DNA of 64,000 nt, from positions 11,470 through 75,469 of the forward strand of contig JACPLU010000002.1 of the NCBI GenBank assembly GCA_016186395.1, written 5' to 3'. This DNA is from Parcubacteria group bacterium. Its GTDB lineage: Bacteria; Patescibacteriota; Minisyncoccia; 2-02-FULL-40-12. How positions within the stretch are numbered: position 1 is the first letter of the stretch; the number at the start of each line of letters is the position of its first letter. Of this stretch, positions 18,967-28,345 are shown in pieces. The translations under genes and the position numbers were made by a program. Under the pieces are notes generated by a model. It was given only the letters and a program-made list of their open reading frames with translations. It did no database searches and was not told the DNA's origin.

Positions 18967-19482
18967 TCATTGCTTATTAAGTAAGTCGCTATAGGACTTT
19001 GATATTAAATCAGATTGAGAGACATTGAAAAGTTTCAGATATTGATTGCACTGTTCTAATAACTTTTCTTTGCCGATTTTACCCGTTTTATCTATTGCCT
19101 CAATTTCAATAAAACTTCCCAAGCCCCTGACTTGATCTATATGAAACTTAACATTTTTTATAAAGTAAATTTCTCTCTTCTTGTCTACTATCTTGAAGAC
19201 CCCAAGAGCCTTAATTAGGATGTTCTCCAAAAGACTTTTTGAAGTTGTTTTATATAGAATAACATCGGATTGCTTAGGACCTTTTTTATCCTGTCTCTGA
19301 TAGTAAATCAGATAGTTTTCTATATTGCCTTTCCTCAATTTTAGTCTACCATTAGCCACCTTGAAATAAGTATCTATTTGATGATCTGTGCCAATAAAGC
19401 GAGATCCTTTTTCTTTAAGGATTTTCCTTATTTTGTTCGGATCCTTTGATCTTGCCTTTATCTCAATATTAATATGGCTCAT
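18967..19482 (-). CDS. CYTH-domain protein (class IV adenylyl cyclase / triphosphate-tunnel metalloenzyme family)
   Basis: N-terminal NIEIKARSKD (EIEIK/ExExK CYTH signature); 171 aa, typical CYTH size. Confidence 0.5.
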   Translation of the reverse strand: MSHINIEIKARSKDPNKIRKILKEKGSRFIGTDHQIDTYFKVANGRLKLRKGNIENYLIYYQRQDKKGPKQSDVILYKTTSKSLLENILIKALGVFKIVDKKREIYFIKNVKFHIDQVRGLGSFIEIEAIDKTGKIGKEKLLEQCNQYLKLFNVSQSDLISKSYSDLLNKQ

Positions 19483-20178
19483 TTAATTTAAGACCTTATA
19501 CTCAAGCAATAAGTAGGAATTTTCTAATGGCTTAGCTTGGACCAATTCCAAAGCTTTAACCTTAAATAAATCCTCGGGGCTGTGAAGCGACTCGCCATCC
19601 ATTAAAGAGGCTGTATCCTTGCCCCCTACCATTGCAGGAGCAACAACGAGAAGCAATCTATCAATGAGACCCTCTCTGACCCAAGAGGCGTTCATTGTGC
19701 CACCCGTCTGGATAGTAATCCGATCTACGCCATAATCCTCTTTGAACCTTCTTAATACATCAGCCAAATCAATCTTGTCGTCGTATTTGAGTATCTCAAT
19801 GTTTGGAAACTCTTTCTTGAGTTCAAAAGCTGGATGTTCAGAGTTGGTAGTAATTATATAAAGCGTCTTACTCTTTTTAGCCATATAGGCCGTACCGTTT
19901 TTGTTGAGATGGGGCTTACTGTCAATGATGATAAAATTGACTGGAGTTTTTGTTGGTTCATCAGTCTTCTCATTAATGCCGATCTTCTCAAAAACTCGGC
20001 CAGAGTTTAGAGAGTGTAAATCCGTTTGTTGTTCAAGATCGTAGTATTGCTTATTGCCTTCCTTAACTCCATCAATCTTTTTGTAATCGGTATCCGTATC
20101 CATAATATCTGTATCGCCAGTAGAAATCTTGCCGTCAACGGATATTAAGAGGAAAAGTGTTGTATATGGTCTATTCAT
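19483..20178 (-). CDS. RibD C-terminal-domain / dihydrofolate-reductase-like reductase family protein
   Basis: N-term LFLLISVDGKIST and C-term LIDRLLLVVAPAMVGGKDTASL match the RibD_C pattern (SLDGKIA ... hhhPhhhGgG). Confidence 0.45.
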   Translation of the reverse strand: MNRPYTTLFLLISVDGKISTGDTDIMDTDTDYKKIDGVKEGNKQYYDLEQQTDLHSLNSGRVFEKIGINEKTDEPTKTPVNFIIIDSKPHLNKNGTAYMAKKSKTLYIITTNSEHPAFELKKEFPNIEILKYDDKIDLADVLRRFKEDYGVDRITIQTGGTMNASWVREGLIDRLLLVVAPAMVGGKDTASLMDGESLHSPEDLFKVKALELVQAKPLENSYLLLEYKVLN

Positions 20179-21256
20179 ATAAAGATTTAGTCTTTTTACA
20201 AAGTTTCGGATCTTCTAGCACGTCAGAACTGTCAATAAACTGGTCTACTGAACCTATGTTTGGTAACTTTTTAAGTTCCTCCTCGGTAATGGTTTTTCTG
20301 ATAGCATCAGCAAACCCGTCGGCGTGAATAACTAGATAAGGTCGCTCGTGGTATGAAGAAACTTCAGTAGTCATTGGTTTGGTTATGCCAAGCTCATTGT
20401 GGGCTTGAGCAATTATCTTATAGGCTTCGGCCAGATATTTCTCTCGTTCTTTCCAAGAAGAAGCAAGTAGGGTTTTGGATAAGCTAGGTTCCAGCTTAGA
20501 AGCAATGTTTAGCTTGCTAAAAGCAGTTCCAAACCATTTAGTGTAGGGATAATACTTCTGGTCCATCAGAAAGCATAGTTTCATTAATTCACGCACTATC
20601 CGAGAAGCGACTACCTGAGACCCGAGTTCATCGCCTACGTCGCCTGTGCGGCCTACAAAGGCCTCTTCTTGCGATATTCTGGTCCACTGGGCAGCTAGCA
20701 GGTAAAGCCATACTTCTTTCGGGTAGAAATTGAATTTATTCCTAATCGTTTCTAGCTCGCTGAGACCATCGTGATAGACAGCACCACTCGTTAAGGCCAG
20801 TAATCTTTGCTGAGGGAAAGTAAGCCAATCAAGATTAGTTATTTCTTGATATGGATCGAACTTAATTCGCATCTGCCATAAGGATTTTATCGTAAATATA
20901 TCAACCATATGATCTACTGGTCCCGAAGTTATGGTCTTGGATATTCTCACTCCATTTTCTTGAGACTTAGAGAAATTAGTTGAGTAGCCCATAAATTCAT
21001 ACGGGAGTTTCTCGGATAAAGTTTTGCTGATCTTTTCTTTGAGTTCAGGAAAGTCAGCTTCGGACAAGAAAATCAAAACACGAGGACCCCAATGATGATC
21101 CCGAGATATTTCAGTGTCATATCCAAGGACTTCCGAGCCCCAACCTATAAGGGCAGCCGAGTATTTTAAGTTAGGAAACTCACTATCTAGAATAGGTTTA
21201 ACAACTTCTTGATAATAGCTCCTGCTTAGTTCAATTCCTGATAAAAATTCAGCCAT
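20171..21256 (-). CDS. Hypothetical protein (possible nucleotidyltransferase-fold N-terminus)
   Basis: AALIGWGSEVLGYDTEISRDHHWGPRVLIF loosely resembles hG[GS]x9-13D NTase core; 8-nt overlap with downstream RibD_C-like gene. Confidence 0.25.
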   Translation of the reverse strand: MAEFLSGIELSRSYYQEVVKPILDSEFPNLKYSAALIGWGSEVLGYDTEISRDHHWGPRVLIFLSEADFPELKEKISKTLSEKLPYEFMGYSTNFSKSQENGVRISKTITSGPVDHMVDIFTIKSLWQMRIKFDPYQEITNLDWLTFPQQRLLALTSGAVYHDGLSELETIRNKFNFYPKEVWLYLLAAQWTRISQEEAFVGRTGDVGDELGSQVVASRIVRELMKLCFLMDQKYYPYTKWFGTAFSKLNIASKLEPSLSKTLLASSWKEREKYLAEAYKIIAQAHNELGITKPMTTEVSSYHERPYLVIHADGFADAIRKTITEEELKKLPNIGSVDQFIDSSDVLEDPKLCKKTKSLYE

Positions 21257-21286
21257 TTCTCTAGTTTATCATATTAGTAATGTATC

Positions 21287-21931
21287 CTATAGTTCTTTGA
21301 TAAATTTTATTGGGATAGCACTAAAACCAATCACATCCCTAGAACTTCTCTCATCACTGGCCCCTCGTGCGATTACCCCGACGGCTTCATCCTTGCTATT
21401 TAATAAGACTCCGCCGCTCATACCAACATAAAGTGGTCGGTCTATGACGATATGAGGCCTAAGACCAATGTCGGTATACGAGGAAACATTACCATAATAC
21501 TGCTGAGGCTCATCGCTAGGAAAGTACTGGGTAAACCCAACTGCAAGAACTTTTTCCCGAACTAAAATATCTTGTCTTGCCATTTTAATAGTAGGAAAAT
21601 ATTTATCGTCCGTCCCTTCAAGCTTCAATATCGCAAGATCTAACAAACTGATTTTCGACACTACGATAGCATTATATTTTTCAGAGCTTCCCGTCATTTT
21701 GTAGGCCACTATTTTCTCATTTAAATCAAAGACGTGAGCACAGGTAACCAGACCTATACCATCTAACATAAAAGCGGTGCCGTTAGATATACCATTGCTT
21801 TCTATCATCCAAATCGACTCGTTTATTATCTTATAATCATCGAGGGGTAGAAACGGATAGCCATTTCTGCTCAACTGATTAAACTTATTTATCAAATTTC
21901 TATATACTCTGCTTTTCTGTCCCTTAACCAT
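21287..21931 (-). CDS. Trypsin-like (S1/chymotrypsin fold) serine protease; candidate retron effector
   Basis: Triad candidates TCAHV (His), LLDLAILKL (Asp), GMSGGVLL (GxSGG Ser); overlaps the RT stop by 8 nt. Confidence 0.6.
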   Translation of the reverse strand: MVKGQKSRVYRNLINKFNQLSRNGYPFLPLDDYKIINESIWMIESNGISNGTAFMLDGIGLVTCAHVFDLNEKIVAYKMTGSSEKYNAIVVSKISLLDLAILKLEGTDDKYFPTIKMARQDILVREKVLAVGFTQYFPSDEPQQYYGNVSSYTDIGLRPHIVIDRPLYVGMSGGVLLNSKDEAVGVIARGASDERSSRDVIGFSAIPIKFIKEL

Positions 21932-22892
21932 CCTTTACAAAGTTTATTTTCCCTTCGATTATTTTAGAAAATTCAACAGATTTAATATGAGGGGCTCTTT
22001 CTTTTAATCTATTTTTAAAATAAGCCTCCTCCGCGACCCTTAAATCATATTTACGCCATTTATCTAATAGAACTCTTATTTCTCTTATGTACTCTCTTTT
22101 TATATTTGGCGTTCTATTGGTTACCAACCCCGTCACCTCCTGTCTCCTTCCAGTTCTTAATATTCGAGTTTTAGCATCATTAATAATAAATCCATTAGAG
22201 GCGATGATAGACAATATGCCTTTCCCGCATAATGGAGCACTGCCAGACTCAACTATTTCCTTATGGAAAAATGCCTGTCTTGTGGAGATAGTAATATCAT
22301 CCGCATAGCGTGTATAAACGGCATTGTACTTTTTGACTAATGCTTGAAATGCTCCGTCCATTCTAGAACATATTAGGTTTGAAATAATCGGTGAAGTGGG
22401 AGCTCCTTGAGGTAGTTGGTTATTATGGCAGCATAAGTTGGCCAGTGCTGTAGCAACTGGAGCAGGCAGGCTAAACGGTGGTTTCAAAAATAAGCCTCTA
22501 ACTCTTCCAAAATTAATTGATGGAAAGAAATCTTTTAGATCAAGGTTGAATACTATCTTTTTGCCTGAGTGGGCCGAAGCGTTAGATACAATGTTTCTAT
22601 TATTTACAAATCCTTGAACCGATGGTCTGGGCTCATAACAAATAGAGAGAATGTAATTCAACTTTCTCTGCAAAATCTTTAAAGTTGAAGTTGGAGCTAG
22701 GATGCGTCGTTCGCCTCCTGATTTTTTCTTAATAACAAACTCTTTGTAGTTTGTAGGCTTATTTTTCCTATAAACCAAATAAATAAGTGTTTTGCAATCT
22801 ATCTCTAAAATATCAGCCACATCGATAAGTGTTTTTAGATTGCGAAACTTTTCTTTAAGGACTTCGGGAGAATTTAATAAGTCTGGTCGCAT
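21924..22892 (-). CDS. Retron-type reverse transcriptase
   Basis: NASAH (NAxxH), LNLDLKDFFPSI (nearly identical to the Ec86 RT motif), YADDITIS (YADD), EVTGLVTN (retron VTG motif); 322 aa. Confidence 0.85.
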   Translation of the reverse strand: MRPDLLNSPEVLKEKFRNLKTLIDVADILEIDCKTLIYLVYRKNKPTNYKEFVIKKKSGGERRILAPTSTLKILQRKLNYILSICYEPRPSVQGFVNNRNIVSNASAHSGKKIVFNLDLKDFFPSINFGRVRGLFLKPPFSLPAPVATALANLCCHNNQLPQGAPTSPIISNLICSRMDGAFQALVKKYNAVYTRYADDITISTRQAFFHKEIVESGSAPLCGKGILSIIASNGFIINDAKTRILRTGRRQEVTGLVTNRTPNIKREYIREIRVLLDKWRKYDLRVAEEAYFKNRLKERAPHIKSVEFSKIIEGKINFVKDG

Positions 22893-22904
22893 TTCTATGC
22901 AATT

Positions 22905-23048
22905 AAAAAAGGGTGCGATTTAAATTCTCTTTCTGCAAGCACGGTAATGTCTATATCCATAACATTACGCACATAAAGCAAGTAAAAGGAACCGTTTCTC
23001 ATCCGTCGCGAAACACAACGGCAATCAATTGTTATCACACCCTTTTTT
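22905..23048 (-). ncRNA. Candidate retron msr/msd non-coding RNA flanked by a1/a2 inverted repeats
   Basis: aaaaaagggtg (22905-22915) and caccctttttt (23038-23048) are an 11-bp inverted pair bracketing ~140 nt with internal hairpins (gtaatgt...acattac; ccgttg...cgacgg), immediately upstream of the RT ATG at 22892. Confidence 0.45.
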
Positions 23049-23139
23049 AAAAGAATAACGATCTTCTGGATCGTTGTTAGCCCAGTTGAATTATAGTGAA
23101 ATGTAAAGTATTGTAAAGCGTGTAACCCTAAATAGTTTT

Positions 23140-24420
23140 ATGTTTGATATTACAGAATTACCAGACAAATACACATTTAATCAAGAAAGTTTGTCCGAAG
23201 AGAAGTACATTGATGACAACTCCCTGTTTGTTTATTTTTGTATATCACGTGGACTTTTTAATAATCCCAAAGACTCCCAGATAAGCTTTATTTATTTTAA
23301 TCCCTTTGAGTGGACTAGTGTTGATTTTATAGCTTTTCTGCTCTCAGTTTGTAGTGACTACGGTTTGAATATTACGAACATAAAAACAATGGTTCCTGCC
23401 ATAGAAGATGAGTATGAGGTATCTCACAAGCCGAGGCGTTATAAGGGTGCATATAAATGGATCCTAGACTTAAGAAGAAATGAGCCCGAAAGAGAAGAAG
23501 TTAAACTTTTTGATAAGCTCTCTAGCGACACGGCTTCTATAGCCGACTTAGAACGAGCATTGATATACGCAAGTAGAATAGCCCCATTATACAAAGATGA
23601 GAAAAGCCAATTATATCTTTCTAAAGATTTGTTTAGGAACTTACTTTCTTATACAAGTTTCTGTATTGAGCCAAGTTCCACATCTAAAAATAAATTAAAG
23701 GCAAACCTAGATACCTATCTAGAAGAGTTCATGCAGGAAAAGCTTACCAGAGATAGCAAATCAAAAACGATTGGCAATACCTCCGTATCTCAATCTAAAA
23801 ACATCTTTACCTTCAAAAAACATCGTCAATTATTTGGAGAGTACCTACAGAGAATGCAAAATGATTTTGGAAACACAATGACCATTGAAAATATATTTGA
23901 AGAAAGATTTCCAAACCTTAGATACCCCGACTCAGAGACAATTAGAAAAAGATACTCTGAAAGAAACTTTTATTTTATACACATTCTACTTACGTTTCAC
24001 AAACAAGGTTTATTAAAGATTTTATCTCTTGGTAGTAATTGGGACTATCACGAAGATGAAATGTATACGTATCAGGCAAAGATCGAAATCCTACCAGCTT
24101 TTCTTAATGAAAATGTCTCAAATAAACTGCACTTTGATCTAGATAAATCTAGGCTATATGTGCAAGGGAAAGAGTTTAAGTTACTAAAGTTTAAAGACGA
24201 ATACCACACTCTTAGAGTTATGTTTGAGGATGTTAACGAGCTAGGCAAGGAATGGTTTTTTTCTGAAATTGCAGAAAGAATTGATGAGAACAGATTAGAC
24301 GATAAAAAGTACTATAACGCTATTTATCAGATAAGATTAAAGCTTGAGAAGCAAGGAATAAACGACTTCTTTATTACGACCAAACAGTCGGTCAAAATAA
24401 ACAAAAAATACCTGTCTTAG
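23140..24420 (+). CDS. Hypothetical protein (island cargo)
   Basis: 426-aa ORF with AT-rich codon usage; no recognisable motif. Confidence 0.3.
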   Translation: MFDITELPDKYTFNQESLSEEKYIDDNSLFVYFCISRGLFNNPKDSQISFIYFNPFEWTSVDFIAFLLSVCSDYGLNITNIKTMVPAIEDEYEVSHKPRRYKGAYKWILDLRRNEPEREEVKLFDKLSSDTASIADLERALIYASRIAPLYKDEKSQLYLSKDLFRNLLSYTSFCIEPSSTSKNKLKANLDTYLEEFMQEKLTRDSKSKTIGNTSVSQSKNIFTFKKHRQLFGEYLQRMQNDFGNTMTIENIFEERFPNLRYPDSETIRKRYSERNFYFIHILLTFHKQGLLKILSLGSNWDYHEDEMYTYQAKIEILPAFLNENVSNKLHFDLDKSRLYVQGKEFKLLKFKDEYHTLRVMFEDVNELGKEWFFSEIAERIDENRLDDKKYYNAIYQIRLKLEKQGINDFFITTKQSVKINKKYLS

Positions 24421-24616
24421 ATTTGTCTTAAGTTAACTCAAGACGACATAACGATAACCTGAACCCATCAGGCTATTTTTATGTCCAAGCAGAAAAAGAA
24501 ACAACCCGAGCAACCGATTACGCTTCAAGAGACTGAGGCAGAATTTGATGACCAAAACCTGCTGGCCTTCTTTAGGTTGCTTCTGCAAGTAGATAAACGA
24601 CTCAACCCTAAAACTT

Positions 24617-25732
24617 ATGAGGTTAGAACTAATGATTGACACCATCATCCTCAAATTTCCGCTTGGTAAATTCTATATCGAACAGATAGAAAAATTCGGT
24701 ACCACAAAGTCTGAAGTCGCTTATGGAAAAGATTTTTATAAGAAATTCTATAACAATCCAGACGATAGCTCTTTAATGGAAAAGGGATACCAACCTCGCC
24801 TCACCCTTTATAGGCGAGGCAGAACCATAGAACTGAAAGTTGAGTTCTCAGCTCCTAAAATGCTCTTTAGTAATAACCTAAACGAGCTTGAGGAGAGTGA
24901 CCTTAACCTGCTTGTGGGCAAGCTTAAACAGCAGATAGAAGCACGAGGCGTTCGGATAAGCATCGATGACATTCTGAACGCCGAAGTATCAGCTTTCCAC
25001 GCTTCTAAAAACATCAGGCTCACTAAGGGATATACCTCAATCGCAGTTATCCGAGAGCTTTCAAAGATAAACCTCACACAGAAATTGGATATGGATCACA
25101 AGGACTTTCGTAATGGCGGTCACTCGCTCCAATATTACGCCAAGTCGCACGCATTGGTTTTATACGATAAGATCCGAGACCTCAAGAAGCCAGACAAACG
25201 AGCGATCGATAAAGAAAACAAAATTAACCAGCTCAGCCTCTTTGAGTATCTGGCAAACAAAAGTATGCCCGAGATTATCAGAATTGAAGTCCGACTATCT
25301 CAAAAGCAAAAGATGAACTCGGTCCTTAAGAAATTAGGTATCCCCGAGCATCCCAAGCTCAAAGATATTTTCAAAAAAGATGTATGCCAAAAAATTGTAA
25401 CTCATTATTGGGAAGAAATGATTTTGAGCGGCAACACTTTCCTGTTCCAGCCGCTTAATAACCCGCAAAGGATAATCCAACGCATCATTAAAAACAATAA
25501 AAAGATTAAGCCGAAAGAAGTTGTCTATCTGGCTGGGCTATATCTGATTGTTAAAGACTTAGGAATTAGAGAGCTCAGAACCATTCTGTCCCAGTTATCG
25601 TCTCAACGGTCTTGGTATCGGATTGCTGACGACTTTAAGAAGTTAAAGCTAGCTCGTTATCAATACGAATGGGTCAAAGAGATCAAGGACGCAATAAAAA
25701 AGTTTGAGTCAATTAGGATAAATGGTCCTTGA
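24617..25732 (+). CDS. Hypothetical protein, possibly a Rep_trans-like replication initiator of the integrated element
   Basis: Internal start MIDTIILKFPLG resembles the N-terminus of phage/plasmid replication initiation factors; weak. A 52-aa ORF (24481-24639) overlaps upstream. Confidence 0.25.
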   Translation: MRLELMIDTIILKFPLGKFYIEQIEKFGTTKSEVAYGKDFYKKFYNNPDDSSLMEKGYQPRLTLYRRGRTIELKVEFSAPKMLFSNNLNELEESDLNLLVGKLKQQIEARGVRISIDDILNAEVSAFHASKNIRLTKGYTSIAVIRELSKINLTQKLDMDHKDFRNGGHSLQYYAKSHALVLYDKIRDLKKPDKRAIDKENKINQLSLFEYLANKSMPEIIRIEVRLSQKQKMNSVLKKLGIPEHPKLKDIFKKDVCQKIVTHYWEEMILSGNTFLFQPLNNPQRIIQRIIKNNKKIKPKEVVYLAGLYLIVKDLGIRELRTILSQLSSQRSWYRIADDFKKLKLARYQYEWVKEIKDAIKKFESIRINGP

Positions 25733-25771
25733 GTCTAGCCATTAGGGCTTTATTAATTATTAATTAAACTT

Positions 25772-26035
25772 ATGGAAAACATCATTATAAACTTACAAAT
25801 TGGCGAAGAAGAGATACAATCATTTGCGGAAGCAAACTTTGGCCGTGAGCTCACTGAAATTGAGCTATATCGCTTAAAAGAATATTGGTATGAATGCGAG
25901 GATGCAGATTGGTCAAAGACAGAATTTATGGCTAACTGTATTGAGGATGCGATGAATAACGAGGATAAAAGCTGGGAACACGTTGATAAAGAATTTCGGG
26001 AAAAACATAGTCAAGACCAGAAGTTACCCACTTGA
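25772..26035 (+). CDS. Small acidic hypothetical protein
   Basis: 87-aa ORF, Glu/Asp-rich. Confidence 0.25.
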   Translation: MENIIINLQIGEEEIQSFAEANFGRELTEIELYRLKEYWYECEDADWSKTEFMANCIEDAMNNEDKSWEHVDKEFREKHSQDQKLPT

Positions 26036-26077
26036 ACACTTGGAATTATGTGTAAACCATTGTAAACTATAATCATT

Positions 26078-26251
26078 ATGAACAAAGACTACTATACGCC
26101 ACAAGAATTAGCCGATAAGCTCCGAGTAAATGTTATGACTATCTATCGCTATATTAAAGCTCGCAAATTAACTGCCCATAAAATCGGCAAGGAATTTCGT
26201 ATTCCAAAATCCGAGTTCAACCGTTTTCTGGACAAAACAAAAACAAAGTAA
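26078..26251 (+). CDS. Excisionase-family helix-turn-helix DNA-binding protein (57 aa, below ORF-track cutoff)
   Basis: Manual translation MNKDYYTPQELADKLRVNVMTIYRYIKARKLTAHKIGKEFRIPKSEFNRFLDKTKTK matches the excisionase/MerR-type HTH (TIGR01764-like); its stop overlaps the next ATG (TAATG). Confidence 0.6.
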   Translation: MNKDYYTPQELADKLRVNVMTIYRYIKARKLTAHKIGKEFRIPKSEFNRFLDKTKTK

Positions 26252-26745
26252 TGCATACAATCTCTGAACTCAATAATAAATGGTGGTATAGGTTAATAAA
26301 AGTCGGCTACCTACTTTTGATTATGGCGGCTTGTGTAATATCTATTGCAGTTGCCTTCGAAGACGTGGGCACTTATCAGACAGATTATTTAGTAGTATGC
26401 AACTATGGGAATAAGAGTACTTTTATTGCTAATAAGGACAAGGATATTTGGAATATCCCACAGTATTATGACTATAGCGAAAGCTTGGCCAAACTTCCTG
26501 ACTCAACCAAAATACAATTGCAATCAGCTTGTGGCATATCCCAAGCAGAAATGAATGCCAAGTTTGAAAATCCTAATGATAATAAAAAGCTATTCGATTT
26601 AACCGAAACAAAAGTAAATACCACGAGCTATTGGAGTGCAATACTATGGTCTATTCTGTCCATAATTATTACCTTCGCAATCGCAGAGATAATTAGAAGG
26701 ATTTTTTACTACATTGTTTTAGGTAAAGTTAAACCTGTGAAATGA
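26251..26745 (+). CDS. Small membrane protein (2 TM), island cargo
   Basis: TM segments near both ends; translationally coupled between the excisionase-like gene and the recombinase. Confidence 0.3.
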   Translation: MHTISELNNKWWYRLIKVGYLLLIMAACVISIAVAFEDVGTYQTDYLVVCNYGNKSTFIANKDKDIWNIPQYYDYSESLAKLPDSTKIQLQSACGISQAEMNAKFENPNDNKKLFDLTETKVNTTSYWSAILWSILSIIITFAIAEIIRRIFYYIVLGKVKPVK

Positions 26746-28298
26746 AAGCAATAATTCTAGCCAGAGTTTCTAAGGAAGATCAGCTTGAAGGGCAATCAAT
26801 ACCTGCCCAGCTTGCTCGTTCTCGACAATGGTGTAAAGACAAGAAACTCGTTATCAAAAGCGAATACCAGTTTGACGAGTCCTCAACCAAAGATCAGAGA
26901 AAAAAGTTTGAGAAAGTGATTGACGAGATCCGACAATCTAAAGAACCTATTGCTCTCGTAGTAGAAACGATTGACCGACTTCAAAGAAGTTTTAAGGAGT
27001 CCGTTATGTTGGACGAGTTTAGGAAAAGCGGAAAGCTGGAAATCCATTTCCTGCGAGAAGGTCTTGTCGTTAGCGATAAATCAAATAGCTCAGAGCTATT
27101 GCGTTGGGATATGGGTGTGATGTTCGCAAGGAGCTATGTTTTACAGCTCAGTGATAATGTTAAGCGAAGCATTGAGGGCAGACTACGAAACGGCCAATGG
27201 ATTGGTCGGCCACGTATGGGTTACATCAACATAACCAAAGAGGACGGAACTCGGGATATTGTTCAAGACCCCGAGCGAGCTCATTTCATACGCAAAATCT
27301 TTGAGTATTACATCGCAGGAACTTCTTTGAACTTGCTATCCAAGAGAATGAAAAAGGAAGGGTTCAGGAGTCCTCAAAATAAGACTGTGACCGCAGGCGG
27401 TATCCATCGAATACTAATGGACTCATTCTATTACGGAATAATGGTTGTTAAGGGCAAAGAGTATCCGCACCGCTACACGCCGATTATCTCTCGTGATACT
27501 TTTCTTAAGGCTCAAGAAATCAGAACAGGCTGGAAGAAAACGCCATACAAACACAAAAGTAAACCCTACGCTCTAAAAGGGATTATTAAATGTGCTATTT
27601 GCGGTTGCACGGTTACGCCAGAGTTTAAGAAAGGCAAATACATTCTTTACGCCTGCACAAATTACAAGAAGGTCCACGAGAAGAAAACCTATATCCCCGA
27701 AGCAGACCTGCTTAAAGCCGTTTATAAGGCCTTGAAGCCGCTTGAGTTGCCTCAGAACAAGATAGACAAGCTCGTAGAGGACCTGCGGACATACAGCGAA
27801 GCTAAGACCATCTATCACGATGAGGCTATTCGGACACTAGATCGTAAGTATGCCGAGAGCCAAATCAGAATTGATAAACTTTTGGACTTACTGCTAGCCA
27901 GTAGTATTACTCAAGAGATGTATGACACGAAGTTTAAGAAAGAAAAAGAATTGCAGACTGATATTCTCATCCAAAAAGAAGATCACACCAACGCCGATAA
28001 AGAGTTTCACATCACTGCTTCTACTGTATTAAACCTAGCAAAACGAGCAACCGAGATAATTAAGAGTTCGGAACCAGAAGAAAAAAGGCAATTTATGAGC
28101 TATCTACTTCAGAACTGCCAATTAAATGGCAGAAACCTAGAGTTTACCTTACGAAATCCCTTCAACTTGATAGCTAAATACTCTAGCTATCCCACATTGC
28201 AGCCCCGACGGGATTTGAACCCGTGTTGCAGGAATGAAAATCCTGTGTCCTGGACCAGGCTAGACGACAGGGCCATAACTTTAAAAATTTTACCCTAA
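26742..28298 (+). CDS. Large serine recombinase (resolvase/invertase catalytic domain + recombinase domain + zinc ribbon)
   Basis: N-term MKAIILARVSKEDQLEGQSIPAQ (catalytic Ser in RVS); C-terminal CAICGC...YACTNYKK zinc ribbon; 518 aa; ORF reads through the opposite-strand tRNA-Glu. Confidence 0.8.
   Translation: MKAIILARVSKEDQLEGQSIPAQLARSRQWCKDKKLVIKSEYQFDESSTKDQRKKFEKVIDEIRQSKEPIALVVETIDRLQRSFKESVMLDEFRKSGKLEIHFLREGLVVSDKSNSSELLRWDMGVMFARSYVLQLSDNVKRSIEGRLRNGQWIGRPRMGYINITKEDGTRDIVQDPERAHFIRKIFEYYIAGTSLNLLSKRMKKEGFRSPQNKTVTAGGIHRILMDSFYYGIMVVKGKEYPHRYTPIISRDTFLKAQEIRTGWKKTPYKHKSKPYALKGIIKCAICGCTVTPEFKKGKYILYACTNYKKVHEKKTYIPEADLLKAVYKALKPLELPQNKIDKLVEDLRTYSEAKTIYHDEAIRTLDRKYAESQIRIDKLLDLLLASSITQEMYDTKFKKEKELQTDILIQKEDHTNADKEFHITASTVLNLAKRATEIIKSSEPEEKRQFMSYLLQNCQLNGRNLEFTLRNPFNLIAKYSSYPTLQPRRDLNPCCRNENPVSWTRLDDRAITLKILP
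28200..28274 (-). tRNA. tRNA-Glu (anticodon TTC)
   Basis: Reverse complement GGCCCTGTCGTCTAGCCTGGTCCAGGACACAGGATTTTCATTCCTGCAACACGGGTTCAAATCCCGTCGGGGCT closely parallels bacterial tRNA-Glu; anticodon loop TTTTCAT. Confidence 0.8.
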
Positions 28299-28345
28299 AA
28301 ATTGAAAAAAAACAATCCTTCGACAGGTTCAGGATTGTCCTGAAC

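Larger units (their letters stand above)
18165..28298. mobile_element. Putative integrated element / defense island abutting the 3' end of tRNA-Glu (recombinase, excisionase-like, Rep-like, retron, NTase/CYTH genes)
   Basis: Serine recombinase next to the tRNA 3' end with excisionase-type HTH; cargo of RT/protease and nucleotide-metabolism-like genes; GC-rich anomalous segment at the left edge (17880-18135); left boundary not determined. Confidence 0.35.
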
